Shown: positions 11,076 through 23,719, counted from the first letter of the whole stretch. The stretch is DNA of 63,673 nucleotides, filler included, from Octopus bimaculoides (GCF_001194135.2; 7 parts of 6 records of this genome joined end to end with filler, not necessarily neighbours in it), one strand, 5' to 3'. Notes: generated by a model from the letters alone, not told the origin. Numbers and translations are program-made.

Positions 11076-11560
11076 TGCAACGCTTCGTCCCGTTGATGTG
11101 GGAGCCTGAGTTTTCGAGGATCAACGGGACGAAACGTTACAAGTTATGCATTGCTGAACGCACGAGAATCCTAAAAGATTCGCTCATATTAGAGAGCATC
11201 CTTAACTCCAGAACGGAGATTTTTGGACCATGTTTGCATTTTAGAAAATTCCTGCTAGCATTTTGGAATCCGCTAGGTAATGACACAGCCGGAAGCCGAC
11301 AGCCAAAGCCTAAGAGAGACAATCGTTTACCTTCGTGAGTTTTGGTCACCGCAAGATGGCAGCGCGGCCTGAACTCGATAGCCAATGGTAAAGGGAGATA
11401 ATCATCTATTGTTTACCTTCCCAGCGAGGCATTTCTTCCTCCATATTTTGAAGAGGTCTTAGGCCAACAGGTTTGGGTTCTGACGATACGCGCTAAGGCC
11501 AAACCCCTTATGGACGGAAAACCCAGGGTAACCCCATAAACCGACCTCTTCCATTATAAT
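11076..11560 (+). mobile_element. 5'-truncated Penelope-like element: GIY-YIG C-terminus plus 3' region, with a fold-back at its 5' junction
   Basis: INGTKRYKLCIAERTRIL...ILNSRTEIFGPCLHFRKFLL aligns with NGSGKCGLCDMERWLI...LNSRTELFRSCPHMTKYWL of the 54302 ORF. A perfect 14-bp inverted repeat (11084-11097 / 11120-11133) sits at the junction. Confidence 0.75.
11474..11536 (+). ncRNA. Degenerate type I hammerhead-like motif in the PLE 3' region
   Basis: TGGGTT-CTGACGA...GAAAA-CCCAGGG-TA-ACCCCA: stem I 5/6 pairs and near-palindromic stem III, but an extra A and a poor stem II base. Confidence 0.35.
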
Positions 11561-11589
11561 ATATATATATCCACGTCGTTGGCAGATAT

Positions 11590-11700
11590 TTATTTTATCG
11601 ATCCCATAAGTAATGAAGATAAGGTCGACCTTGGTGGTATTTGAACTCAGAACGTAAAAATTTGTAGCATTTTGTATTGATCTTTGTCAATTTCGTCAGC
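11590..11700 (-). mobile_element. SINE family A fragment
   Basis: Contains GGTCGACCTTGGTGGTATTTGAACTCAGAACG. Confidence 0.7.
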
Positions 11701-12194
11701 AACTGTATTTCCCATATCCTTTATATTGAGGTTAGCTGAAGTGGAGTAGATAGTAAAACAGTACATAAACAATACTGGACAGATGAAGATCTTCTCACAT
11801 TTATTGTTAAAAAATAAATTATCTTATCAAGAATGATTGAGAAAGTGCGAATAAGAGAAAAGTTTTTTAAAATGCGAAAACAAAAGTGTCGAAGTATATA
11901 GACGAACGAATTGATATGTCAATGTCGGAAAACTTTAAAGTATTTGTTTTTCTTGACACAAGANNNNNNNNNNNNNNNNNNNNNNNNNNNNNNNNNNNNN
12001 NNNNNNNNNNNNNNNNNNNNNNNNNNNNNNNNNNNNNNNNNNNNNNNNNNNNNNNNNNNNNNNNNNNNNNNNNNNNNNNNNNNNNNNNNNNNNNNNNNNN
12101 NNNNNNNNNNNNNNNNNNNNNNNNNNNNNNNNNNNNNNNNNNNNNNNNNNNNNNNNNNNNNNNNNNNNNNNNNNNNNNNNNNNNNATCACGAAG

Positions 12195-12322
12195 AATCGT
12201 TGTTATTAAAGATTCTGGATTGACAGTATCGGTTGAGTGTCAGGCATAAATATTCGAAATCAGACTCGGCTATGCCTTTCATCCTTCCGGGGTTGATAAA
12301 ATAAAGTACTAGTTGAACACTA
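12195..12322 (+). mobile_element. SINE family A fragment, decayed
   Basis: Contains GCCTTTCATCCTTCCGGGGTTGATAAAATAAAGTACTAG. Confidence 0.65.
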
Positions 12323-12324
12323 CC

Positions 12325-14310
12325 TTTTTCACCGACTACAACTGCTTAACCTCCCAAGCTAACCTGTCATATCTATCGACTTTTCTTTCTTCCTTATCGC
12401 ATACCTTGTTGTCAGCTGGGCATGCTATATCTATGATCCAGCATCGTTTGCTTTCTTTCTCAATTAATACTATGTCTGGTTTCCTATTCTCTATCTCATG
12501 GTGGCACTGAATCATAAAATACCATAGGATTTTTGCATTATCATTTTCGTTGATGCCTTCGGGTTTATGTTCGTGCCTTTTTTTTGCTCTGTCAAGTCCA
12601 TACTTGTGGCAAAGTGTCCAATGGACAATCCTTGCTATATTGTCATGACGTCACCTATATTCTTTCTGGTCTAGTGGCGTACATTGACTGGTAATATGCC
12701 ATACGGTTTCACCATTTTGTCCACAGATTCTACACGTATCACTTTCTAATATGTTGCCACTTCTGTATTTGATGTAATTGGTTCTTAGTGCTTGCTATTG
12801 GGCAGCACAGATTAGAGCGTCCGTTTCCGGTTTTAAATCACTTTTAGTCATCCACAATCATCTTTTTTCTCTGTCTGTCTTATCTTCAACATCCCTATGA
12901 AATTGTCCATGCATTCTTTTTTTTTATCCACCTATTTTCAGTTTCATTCATTCTCAAGCGCTTGTACAGTGCTTTATTTTTGCAATCTTCCATCCTACCC
13001 GAGCCTGATTTTCTTACTTCCAATAATAATGGTTCTGTGGCATTTTTTACACATGTTGTTTTCTTCTGCTCTAATGCTGTGTTCGCATCCAATCAGTCCT
13101 CTTCCACCTCTTTTTCTTGGTACATACAGTCTGTCTGTGTCACTTTTTGGGTGGAGTATCCCATATCTAGTCAGCAATTTCCTTGTCTTTCTGTTTAAGT
13201 TGTTTAGTCCGTCAACTTTCCATGCGATTACCCCTGCTCCACATCTAAGGAGTGAAATCGGCCAGATGTTGATAGCTTCAATCTTATTCCGTCCGTTTAA
13301 TTTCGACTTAAGGATCAGTCTCAGTCTGCACAAGTACTCCACCTTAAATTTTTTTGTTATTTCTTTCTCAATCAATTTGTCCATTTTCAGAATACCCAAA
13401 TACTTATAGCTCGTCTCTTCTATCAGCTTCATAGCCTCCCCCGATAGTATCGCTAGCCCGTCCATACATTTGATCTTGCCTCTCTTCAAGACTAACACAT
13501 CAAACTTTTTCAGTCCAAACTTAATTCTGATACCAGCACTGAAAGTATACACTATATCAACGAGGGAACTGACTTGGGATTCATCTTTACCATAAAGTTT
13601 GAGGTCATCCACAGATAACAAGTGGTTGACATTTTGTTGGCAGCTCTTGAATACATACCCAGTTTTTGCTTTCTTCAGAATCAGTGTTAGTGGTATCATG
13701 CACAGTACAAAGATCAGTGGGGACAGGCAGTCCCCTTGGAAGATGCCACTCCTGATTTCTATTGTCCCTAAACTTCTTCCATATGCTGTCAGTTCCGTCC
13801 TGCACTTCGCCATACTTTTTCCAAGCAATTGCTGCTCAACATTCGATGCAATACCAAATAGGTTCATACATTCCATAATCCAAGAATGTGGGATCATATC
13901 GTAAGCCTTATGATAATCGATGCATGACGTGGCTAAGTTAGTTTTTCTCCTCTTGCAGTCACTAAGTAAAGTTTTTCTACCAGGAGTTGATCCTTGGTTC
14001 CTCTGCATTTACACCTACACCCCTTCTGCTCATGAGGCAGGACTCCATTTTTTTCCAGATGTCCATACATTGACTCTGTGACTATTCCAGTCAATAATTT
14101 CCACATAAACGGCAAGCAGGATATCGGGCTATAATTGTCTACCGTATTGCCTTTTTCGATGTTTTTTAAGCGCAGCACTGTCCTATCCATTGACAACCGC
14201 TCTGGTGTTACTTGGTCTGCATTTAACAAGGTGTTAAGGTGTGCAGTTATTCGTGCATGACATTCACCAAACATTTTGATCCAGTAGCCTTGAACTCCAT
14301 CTAGTCCCGG
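12325..14310 (-). mobile_element. 5'-truncated non-LTR retrotransposon with restriction-like endonuclease (R4/Dong/NeSL-type), copy 1
   Basis: RT GIFQGDCLSPLIF...HLLSVDDLKL (ORF 12995-14008); CCHC CRICGQNGETVWHITSQC; RHDNIARIVHW; KPDIVLIEK...IIDIACP. The 5' end abuts a (TAA)n array. Confidence 0.92.
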
Positions 14311-14446
<136 letters not shown>

Positions 14447-17090
14447 CCTTCGTAACACAGTGTAGGTAAAAATTCACCGGAGTCTTTAGTCATTGGTCAA
14501 GTCACAAGGACCTCGGACAGATAATACTTTCCTTAAGATGTGCGCTGTGCGCAATAAGGCTGCTTTTTGCAAAACATCAATTTTGCATGGGATTTTCAGC
14601 TGCCTTAAGAAGACTTAAAGTTTCAACGGAATTGAGCCCAACGCTCCAATTACCACTGGCATCACTTTTACATTACCCTCTCGCATTCCATACAGTCTTG
14701 TCATTTCCACTTCCAATTCAGAGTACTTGGTGATTTTTTTCAACCTCTTTACTCACAACATTCATGTCATTTGGTATGGCTACATCAATGATCTGACAGT
14801 ATTTGTCTCTCTTATTCAATATGACAATATCCGGCCAACGGTGTTCGATTACACGACCCGTCTGAAAATCATTGTCCCAGAGTATCGTTACTTTTCTATC
14901 CTCCTGCATAACATTACTTGGTACATGCTCATACCAGTTCTCTGTTACTTCATATTGGTATTTTAGACGTAAGAGCCAATGAAGATACACACACACTTTA
15001 TCGTGGCGGCGCTTGTATTCTTTTTGTGCAAGGCTCTCACGTCCACTTACCAAGTGAGTCACATTATCCATACATTTTCCACCGAGTTTGCATTTCTGGA
15101 TGCCAGAAGTTTTATAGATATTATACTTCACTGAATAGGTAGCGGGAGGTGCAGCAACGATCAGACTTTCGGTGGTACGCTTCAGATCATCTCGCTCAAG
15201 CCATGCCCACGATGCTGTATTATCCTTAACGTCCTGTGTATTCCTTTAAACTGTCCGTGCATTCTCATTTCAAGAAGGTCTTCTTTTCTCTTCTTCTAAG
15301 CTCCTTGGTTAAGCTCTTCTTTGCCCATCATTTCATCTGCATTTACCCCCATATCTTTCACGGCATATTGCAACAGGTCTTCATCACTATTTATCAAACA
15401 CTTGGCAAGCATTCTCCTTTCACTCCTTATACAATGGTCTGTACTAATTAGTCCTCTGCCACCATTCTTTCTTTTCATATATTGTCTGTTTACGTTTGCT
15501 TTAGGGTGTAGCACCTCATGCAGTATCATCAACTTTCTTGTCCTTCTATCCCGTGTTGATATTTCCTCCTTAGTCCATTTGAGGATGGACGCACTATATC
15601 TAACCACCGCAACTGCCCAGATATTCATTGCGGTAATCAAATTTTTGGCATTCAGGCTGGATTTCAACACCATCTTCATCCTTTTTTGATATGCCTCGCT
15701 GATCTTGACTTATATTTCTCTGTGTAGAATGTCATCCAGCTACCAAATCCATGGCCCTTCCTGATGGTAACCGCAATCCTCTGTAGGCTGCTTTCTTCTC
15801 ACTTTTCAGATTAAGTACTGAGCATTTGGTAGTCCCAAATTCGATACCGATGTCCCTACCACACTTCTGGACTGTTTTGGTTAAGGTATCCATCTATTTT
15901 TCAGATTTCTCAAACAATTTCAGATCATCCATAAACAGAAGATGGTTCAATGATGGGCCTTTCTTCTCACATCTGTAACCCATCTTAACTTTCCTAAGTG
16001 TCATTGTAATGGATATTAGTGCAATTACAAAAAGTAACAGAGAAAACGAGTCACCTTGGAAGATTCCCCTTTTAATATTAACTTCTCCAAGGAATACATT
16101 ACTTGAGTACAATTTGGTTTTCCACTCTTTCATGCTAAGCATCAGAAAATTTGTGATATTGTCAGCAACACCAAACATCAGCAGGCATTCAACGATTCAA
16201 GAATGAGGCATCATATCATATGCCTTCTTAGTCAATCCAAGCCATAAACATGTTTGTATAATGTTTTTTTTACAATGCCTCAAAACTTTTTTATTGATGA
16301 CCAGGTGATCCTTGGTACCCTGAGAACTCTTCCTACATCCTATTTGTTCCCTTGGTAGTATTTCTTCCTGTGCCAGGAAAGTATGTCTTTGCTGCACATA
16401 TTCCAGTGAGTGTCTTCCAGATTATGTTTAGGCATGCTATGGGACGATAGTTTCCCACAATATTCCCCTTTCTTCTATCTTTTATTATAAGTGTTATCCT
16501 CCCAGTCACCATCCACGCGGGGATTGTACCTTTCTGGACACACTCATTTAATTGGGCTCATTCATGCACCGCTAGGCATCTCTTCAGCCAAAAGCCATGA
16601 ATCCAATCTGGTCCGGGTGCTTTCAAGTTAGGCACTTTACCCACTTGTTCTTTCACGTCAACCGTACTTATGACAATATTCCTTTGTTCCTTTCCTCCTT
16701 GTAATTCTGTCTTGATTGTTCCTATCCACATTGCTTCCCTTTTATGCAGCACATTGTTTCCCCATAATCCGCTCCAGAACTCCTTGGCTTGATTTGAATC
16801 AGGAACATTTTCCCCATTGTCTCCTCCTAACGTTCGGAAGAATTGCTTCGGGTTATTTTCGTCTACTTATGTCTGATCACACACACACCGTGTATGTGAT
16901 CTGTTGTGACATAACGACCGTCCGAGGCCAAATCACTGCCCCTGATGCGGGCGGTTTCGGACGTGCCGGGCGAGAAACCTTCACCATGATCGGCTATAGC
17001 TCCATTCTCACCGTTAATTCTTTCATTGGTTGTGTTGTATCATGATTTCATGAGTCGTTCGTGGGGCTCCCACGAGAGTTGTTATTGAGA
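14447..17090 (-). mobile_element. Non-LTR retrotransposon with restriction-like endonuclease, copy 2, both ends present, decayed and apparently internally deleted
   Basis: KAPGPDWIHGFWLK; GIFQGDSFS...HLLFMDDLKL; CKLGGKCMDNVTHLVSG...RRHDKV; PDIVILNK...IIDVAIP; LQKAALLRTAHILRKVL; short 3' UTR then (TAA)n. Confidence 0.92.
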
Positions 17091-17289
17091 TCCCATCTCT
17101 CCCTTTCTCTCTTTATTTGTATATACACGTGCACATCTATGTACATACATATATACATAAATAACGTGCCTGCATTGAGTCGCCTCCATAACCACAGTGA
17201 TTATCATTATCACCATCGTTCTACATATAGCATTAAAAAATATCAATAATATGGGACCCGGCAGACCTTCGTCACTATTTATCAGATAC

Positions 17290-17371
<82 letters not shown>
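17290..17371. repeat. (TTA)n microsatellite
   Basis: Seen directly; source of the poly-Y and poly-L ORFs. Confidence 0.95.
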
Positions 17372-17374
<3 letters not shown>

Positions 17375-17711
17375 TCCGCCTTGGCGAAGACGGTGGTTTT
17401 GTTTTCAGTCACGTTTGTTTGTTTGTTTGTTTGTCCGTGGACAAGATATCTCAAGAAGCGCTGGATGGATTCGGATGAAACTTTCAGGGATGTCTGACCT
17501 CGTGACTGGCACGAACTGACTAAATTTTGGGGTTGATCCAGTACCGGACAAGGATTCTGGATTATTTTTCCGGGTTTTTTAATTTAATTTTTGACAGTGG
17601 TCGGGTTCATTTTNNNNNNNNNNATTTTAAAAATCATCTCTGGCTAATTGTTGAGAGGACATTGGTGTTGCTTTGGCAGAGGTTTGCGCTCTTTGAGTGC
17701 CCTTGTTGTTT
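17370..17711 (+). mobile_element. Helentron/DINE-1-like non-autonomous element
   Basis: Starts TTACCTCCGCC, has an internal (GTTT)n, a subterminal inverted repeat CCTCCGCC/GGCAGAGG and a 3' hairpin GCGCTC-TTT-GAGTGC; T-rich flanks. Confidence 0.6.
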
Positions 17712-17726
17712 TCATCATCATCATCA

Positions 17727-17769
<43 letters not shown>

Positions 17770-18300
17770 TGAATGAGAGAGCAGTGCATGCCATCAAAGT
17801 GACACTGGGGTACAATTATACGAAGCCCAATATACCCGTCATGACTACCCGTCTGATAACGGTACACCAGGCACATGTATCACAACCACATGTGCCCGAC
17901 ATTGTGATCTTATATCAAGATAAACAGCGCATCACCTTGTAGGTGGGGCCCAGTTAGAATTTTCTTCAGGTTGAGTAGCCCATCCCGCTCAAAAGGTCCC
18001 TGAATAAGGTTTGTTTAAGGATGATGTACGAAACGCTCATGTTTTCAGAGGTGAATTATTCAAACCCCAAATAATTCCTCTCAACACATGCCTATGATGC
18101 TTCCCCCACTACTTCTGCTCGTGATTAGAGATGCATATATCGTCAGCCACTAATGCTCAACTGACAAGCAAATCTGTGGTATTGAGCAGAATATTTGTTG
18201 TAGCGCATCTTTTATACCAAAACAAAACAATGTACATGATAACACTTCGAATAAGTTACATAAGAGCCACTGCCTGGAATTGCATCAAGGCGTTTTATTA
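17770..18300. mobile_element. Non-coding interspersed repeat embedded in (TTA)n
   Basis: Begins GAGAGAGCAGTGCATGCCATCAAAGTGACAC; an inverted partial copy lies at 19420-19638; both ends meet TTA runs. Confidence 0.7.
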
Positions 18301-18304
18301 TTAT

Positions 18305-18631
18305 TCAGTAGTTTTATTTTCATAACGTGCTTTCACTACACTACCGAGTGCAGCTCTGTGTGCCTTGAGTATGTGCTCTAGTTTGTTGTGATACTCTTAT
18401 AGTTACTGTATTGAAAGTGTTTTACGTAGGATGTGTGCTATTTTAGGGACAACTTTTATGCTTGACTCTCGTAGCTGCAACATCTTAGCGATCTCAATTC
18501 TCAGGTCTCCATATTTATAAATCTTTTCTCTTTCTTTCATGATAATATGTTAATCTCCTGGCACTGCCACATCGATTATCTGGCACCGTTGTTTGTTCCT
18601 CCTAAAGGTTACTATATCCGGCCTTCGGATA
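18305..18631 (-). mobile_element. 3' fragment of RLE LINE
   Basis: RRPDIVTFRRNKQRCQIIDVAVPG...KYGDLRIEIAKMLQL then AHILRKTLS; bounded by (TAA)n. Confidence 0.8.
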
Positions 18632-18697
<66 letters not shown>

Positions 18698-18861
18698 CAA
18701 AGTGGCGAGCTTCATGTTCTGAGTTCAAATTTTGCCGAGGTCGACTTTGCCTTTCATCCTTTCGGGGTCAATGAAATAAGTATCAGTTACGCACTGGGGT
18801 CGATGTAATCGACTTACCCCCTTTCCCCAAATTTCAGACCTTCTGCCTATAGTAGAAAGGA

Positions 18862-18862
<1 letters not shown>
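18698..18862 (+). mobile_element. SINE family A, head partly deleted
   Basis: GAGTTCAAATTTTGCCGAGGTCGACTTTGCCTTTCATCC; TTA tail. Confidence 0.85.
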
Positions 18863-18925
<63 letters not shown>

Positions 18926-19419
18926 CATTATTATTATTATTATTACATGACGGAAACATAAAAAATACAATAACAAGAACGACATTCTATTTTTTGCATG
19001 TATCGTGACTTGAAAAGAAAGAAGAAAGAACGGGCAAAGGTATGTCACAAAAATTAGTACTACCTTGCCCAACAAATTTATCCAGGCAAAAGAAGGAAGT
19101 TGACCTTGCGTTATTTTTTAAATGGAGACAGTTTCTACGTGCCCCGAAAAAGTAGCTAGAAGAAATTCATCGACTAGAGCAGGGCATATAGTGATGTATT
19201 CCTTGTTTTTAAGACTAAGAATCTGAGAGAGAATGAAGGACGTTGACTCTTGGGTTGTCGTCACCACTTACGCAGCATTAGGATCAAACAGTGAGCGAGG
19301 AGGCAGGTTACAACCAAATATGGTTGGGTCTGCTTGAATATCCAAGTCTTGATGAGTCCTGGTAACCACAAGACTGCACCGCTATACCCCACTAAGGGAA
19401 CAGAGATGATATTGATCAG

Positions 19420-19638
19420 ATTGATGGGCCAGGACAGAAAAGATTTCCAGCTGGGCCCCCACCTGCAAGGTCATGCGTTGTTTATCTTGATATCAGGTCA
19501 CCATGTCGCGCAAATATGATTGTGATGCATGTGCCTGGTATACTCTTATTAGACAAGTAGTCATGATGTGTATAATGGGCTTTGTATAATTGTACCTCAG
19601 CGTCACTTTGATGGCATGCATTGCTCTCTCACTCAATG
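19420..19638. mobile_element. Inverted partial copy of the 17770-18300 repeat
   Basis: Ends GTCACTTTGATGGCATGCATTGCTCTCTCA, the reverse complement of the 17772 start. Confidence 0.75.
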
Positions 19639-19669
19639 ATAATAATAATAACAACAACAATAATGATAA

Positions 19670-20195
19670 TAATATCCAGACAGACAAGGTGTCAGAGCAC
19701 CGAAGGCCAGATATAGTAACCTTTAGGAGGGGCAAACAAGTGTGCCTAACAATCGATATGGCAGTGACAGGAAATCAACATATTATGAAAGAAAGAGAAA
19801 AGATTGATAAATGTAGAGACCTGAGAATTGAGATCGCTAAGATGTGACAGCTACGAGAGTCAAACATAAAGGTTGTCCTTATTGTCATCGGACCATTGGG
19901 TCCAATACCACTCAACCTGAAGAAACATCTGGGAAACTTTGGAAATAGCTTACAATCTAGGTGCATTGCAAAAATCGGCATTACTTAGAACTGCACGCAT
20001 ATTGCGTAAAATAAAGTCTGTCTGAGGTCCTTGTTGTGACTTGACAGACAGTACAAATCCCCGATAGACACAAAAGACACCTATCAGTGGCTATGAAGCA
20101 CAGGGCTAAAGGCAGAGAGTGAAGGTTTTATCTTGGCTGCCCAAGATCAGAGCTTATTGACCCGGAACTATCAAGCCAATAAGATGAAAAATGGC
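19670..20195 (+). mobile_element. Two RLE LINE fragments (endonuclease/3' end, then a pre-CCHC segment)
   Basis: HRRPDIVTFRRGKQVCLTIDMAV...DLRIEIAKM; 3' end GAGGTCCTTGTTGTGACTTGAC shared with copy 2; then GLKAESEGFILAAQDQSLLTRNY. Confidence 0.85.
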
Positions 20196-20229
20196 AAGAA
20201 ATGGAAATGGAATTGAAAGAAGATGCTAA

Positions 20230-20273
<44 letters not shown>

Positions 20274-20277
<4 letters not shown>

Positions 20278-20467
20278 GTTTCAAATTTTGCCACAGGGGC
20301 AGCAATTTTAGAGAAGAGGAAAAGTCGATTACATCCCCAGTGTTTCACTGGTACTTAATTTATCGATCGCGAAAGGATGAGAATTTGAACTCAGAACCTA
20401 ACGAGGGGTGAAATACCGCTAAGCATTTCGTCCAGCGTGCTAACGATTCGGTCAGCTTGCCACCTTA
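20274..20467 (-). mobile_element. SINE family A with internal deletion
   Basis: GAAAGGATGA joined directly to GAATTTGAACTC. Confidence 0.85.
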
Positions 20468-20474
20468 CTAATAT

Positions 20475-20519
<45 letters not shown>

Positions 20520-20524
20520 TAATA

Positions 20525-20555
<31 letters not shown>

Positions 20556-20557
<2 letters not shown>

Positions 20558-20749
20558 TTAATTTTTTGCCACAAGGGCAGCTTCGGGGAGGTGGAGATGA
20601 GTCAATTACAACGACCCAGTGTTCAACTGGTACTTATTTTAACGACCCCGAAAGGATGAAAGGCAGAATTTGAACTCAGAACGTAGTGACGGGCGAAATA
20701 CTGCTAAGCATTTTGTCTAGTGTGCTAACGATTCTGCCAGCTCGCCACC

Positions 20750-20751
<2 letters not shown>
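20556..20751 (-). mobile_element. SINE family A with internal deletion
   Basis: GAAAGGATGAAAGGCA joined directly to GAATTTGAACTC; head CTGCCAGCTCGCCACCTT. Confidence 0.85.
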
Positions 20752-20816
<65 letters not shown>

Positions 20817-21259
20817 NNNNNNNNNNNNNNNNNNNNNNNNNNNNNNNNNNNNNNNNNNNNTTAATTAATTAANNNNNNNNNNNNNNNNNNNNNNNNNNNN
20901 NNNNNNNNNNNNNNNNTATATATATATATATATATATATACATGTGTGCATATTATACACATACACAGGTACATGCACACACGCATACATATACACTTAC
21001 TTAACATACATACGTGTACAAACCTACTGTATTCACACCATCATACCAACCTTATGGTGACCATATGTCTTTATCCCATAAATTGAAATGTTCCAAAGTT
21101 TTGGCTCCTCTGTTATTACTTTGTAAAAGAAATATGCAGCTGTAGATATCTCATTAGTTTCATATCTAAGACACGTGTACTCATACGCACACTTTGATAT
21201 ACATGCGTGCATGTGTATATATATTTATATGTGTGTGTATGAATGTAAGTATGTATATA

Positions 21260-21290
<31 letters not shown>

Positions 21291-21645
21291 TTATATGTAT
21301 GTATGTATGTATTATACGCATATATATGTATATATATGTATGTGTGTCTTGTGTGTGTTGAGTATGTGCGTGTAAATTAAATGAGATAAAGGACACAGCA
21401 GGGGAATACTGAATTTGACTAATGTCATGGAGTTTGGTAAATTAAGAGGAAATGTACTGAACGTCCTATGCCACAAAAATCTCAATGAGCTGAAATTTAC
21501 TTCTGATCGGAGAAAGGTAATTAAAACCTAGAGGTAATTTTGGGGGTGAATCTGAAATAAAAAAAGAATTAATTTTTTAAGTTAATTCTAAATTCAGCCT
21601 TGGAAGAAATTGTGACTATTGTTAAAAGAGAAGATGACAGATAAG

Positions 21646-21678
21646 TACATATGCTTCGATTTTATTCGATCTCATCAG
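21646..21678 (-). ncRNA. Degenerate minimal hammerhead-like motif
   Basis: Minus strand CTGATGA-GAT-CGAATAAA-ATC-GAAG-C-ATAT-GTA. A15.1 is G and there is no stem I pairing. Confidence 0.3.
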
Positions 21679-23204
21679 TGAAGTAAGGCTAAACTGACTC
21701 GCGTTTGCTCATTCAAAAATAGTTTCCTCCAAACTTAGAAATGAGTCGAGAAGATGTTTTAACTTGAAGTCATCGAGTAGTTGAAGATATTGTAACTTGA
21801 AGCAATGAAAATAATATGAGTATGAGCTAATGGAAATAACCCAAATGGACTACTGGCTTCGATTTAAGTAAAAAGTTAAGGGGCGATGAATTGAATGATC
21901 TAATTCTTCTTTAGTTCAGAAAAGAAAGTAGAAAACAAGAAAAAACCCTGCAATGATCGTTAGTGACTCTCAAAGAAAAGGAGAGATAATTTCAAGAAAT
22001 TAAGTTTTAATTTCACAAAATTAATTTATGTGCTGAGATTAGGAGATAATCTGACCTAAAGGAATTGTAAAGGAAAATGTAGGCTTTCATATATTTTGAC
22101 CAAGTGCATGACAATATAGTATGATTGCTGCGTCTTTGATAATAGGTTTTCTCAAGCAAGGCTGACTTCGAGTTAAACAAGTACGACAGACAAACAAACG
22201 CAAACCAAATAGACGCGGCCCAAACAGACACTGACCAAACAGTTGTGGTTTTTCATGGTTTTCAGGGTTGATCTGCGATTAAACACAAATAGACACATCA
22301 GATACATGCCGAACAGTGGCCACAGCTGGAATGTCTTCGATCATAGGTTTGTTCAATTAGCTCTAACCTGGGGCTAAACAACGATGACAAAAACAAGCAA
22401 ACAAAATGACATGCAAATTCAGGAAGTGTTCCACGACTTTCTAGAAATATCAGTCAAATCACAACCTACTGTCTTACAAAACGAAGGTTATATTGAATAA
22501 TATATGTTTGAAAGGCGATGGGATTGTCACGATTGGAACGTCATTGATCATATATGGTGCTGAATTGTGGCTAAGCAGTATATATTGCTAAGCATATGTG
22601 GCTAAGCAATAACAAGAACTACGATAAAAGCTCAACTACAGATCCTCATTCTGGTTGCTTTTCATACTAGAAATAGTAACCGTATGTCCTTCATAACACT
22701 TCTACTCTCTTGAAAAAAAAAAAAAAAAAAGATGCATGTGAAGAAAAATGACTCGGTGGTCATAGGTAGGAGGCATTTCATCATATTTCTGAAAGGAAAG
22801 AGCTACACCTAGAATTACATAACAGCAACGACAACAACTACTACAATAAGAATAAAAACAACGACAACATTTACGTCACAAGGTATATTATGCATACGAT
22901 GTTGGTAAAAGTGAAAAGTGGTTTCATTCATTATTGACCAGTGTCGGAATACAAAAGCGATGGTAATTTGTTGCTTAGCCATGGATCAGCCATCATCAGG
23001 CTGACACATCATCAGAAACATTCCTTTTCTGGACATCCCTCATTTATCAGACGTAGTATATTGTGGATTACTTTCAGCTAAAGTGTCTTAGTTTTTAAAG
23101 GTGGTCAGTAGGATTCTAATTTGAGTGAAATGTTGTTGTTATTTCTAGCTGGTTCATTGAACACATACAGACCACCGATGATAGTTACCGTCACATGAAG
23201 ATTG

Positions 23205-23560
23205 TCAACACCATCATCTTCAACACTACTACAACTACTGGAACCTAACCACCACCACCACCACTACACCATTATTATGCTACCATCAACAACACAATAC
23301 TATCACCATCCGATAGCAACATCACCACCACGAACACCATCATCATTATCATCCTCATAATGATTATCATCACCCTCATCACTACTTTTCCACGGACGCC
23401 TCATTAGCATCATTCTACCCCTTCAAGAAACATTACTCCACCACCATCACTACCACCACCACTAACATTAACACCACCACTACTATAACCATCACCGCCA
23501 TCATCCCCGTCATTGCCATTATCATCACCACCATCATCATCATTATCATTATCATCGAGA
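23205..23560. repeat. Degenerate (CAT/CAC/ACC)n low-complexity tract
   Basis: Seen directly. Confidence 0.85.
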
Positions 23561-23719
23561 TAACAAAGAAGAGTTGACGAGGTGATCCAACCATCCAAAT
23601 CATCTTTAGATTCCATTATACAATCTTAAAATTGTCGTATTAAGTAACGCTGTGCTACATATGGTTGTGGTTGGAAAGTTTTTGGATCGTCTGTTCAATC
23701 AGATTCAACTTTGGTCTAA

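Noticed and set aside
11120-11140. GGGACGAAACGTT as a hammerhead 3' half
   Set aside because: It is explained as coding sequence (GTKR) of the PLE endonuclease frame.
11416-11429. HDV-like P3/L3 (CCT-TCCCAGCG-AGG)
   Set aside because: No P1 partner or GG for P1.1 follows.
17059-17075. 7-bp hairpin in the RLE LINE leader as an HDV-like ribozyme
   Set aside because: I could not build the double pseudoknot by eye; this needs a descriptor search on the family consensus.
17697-17942. PDIVILYQDK as an RLE endonuclease motif
   Set aside because: It lies in a non-coding repeat and the inverted copy does not keep the motif; likely coincidence.
22987-23015. Two TCATCAG motifs and a CAGCC/GGCTG hairpin
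   Set aside because: No GAAA partner; consistent with CAT-repeat background.
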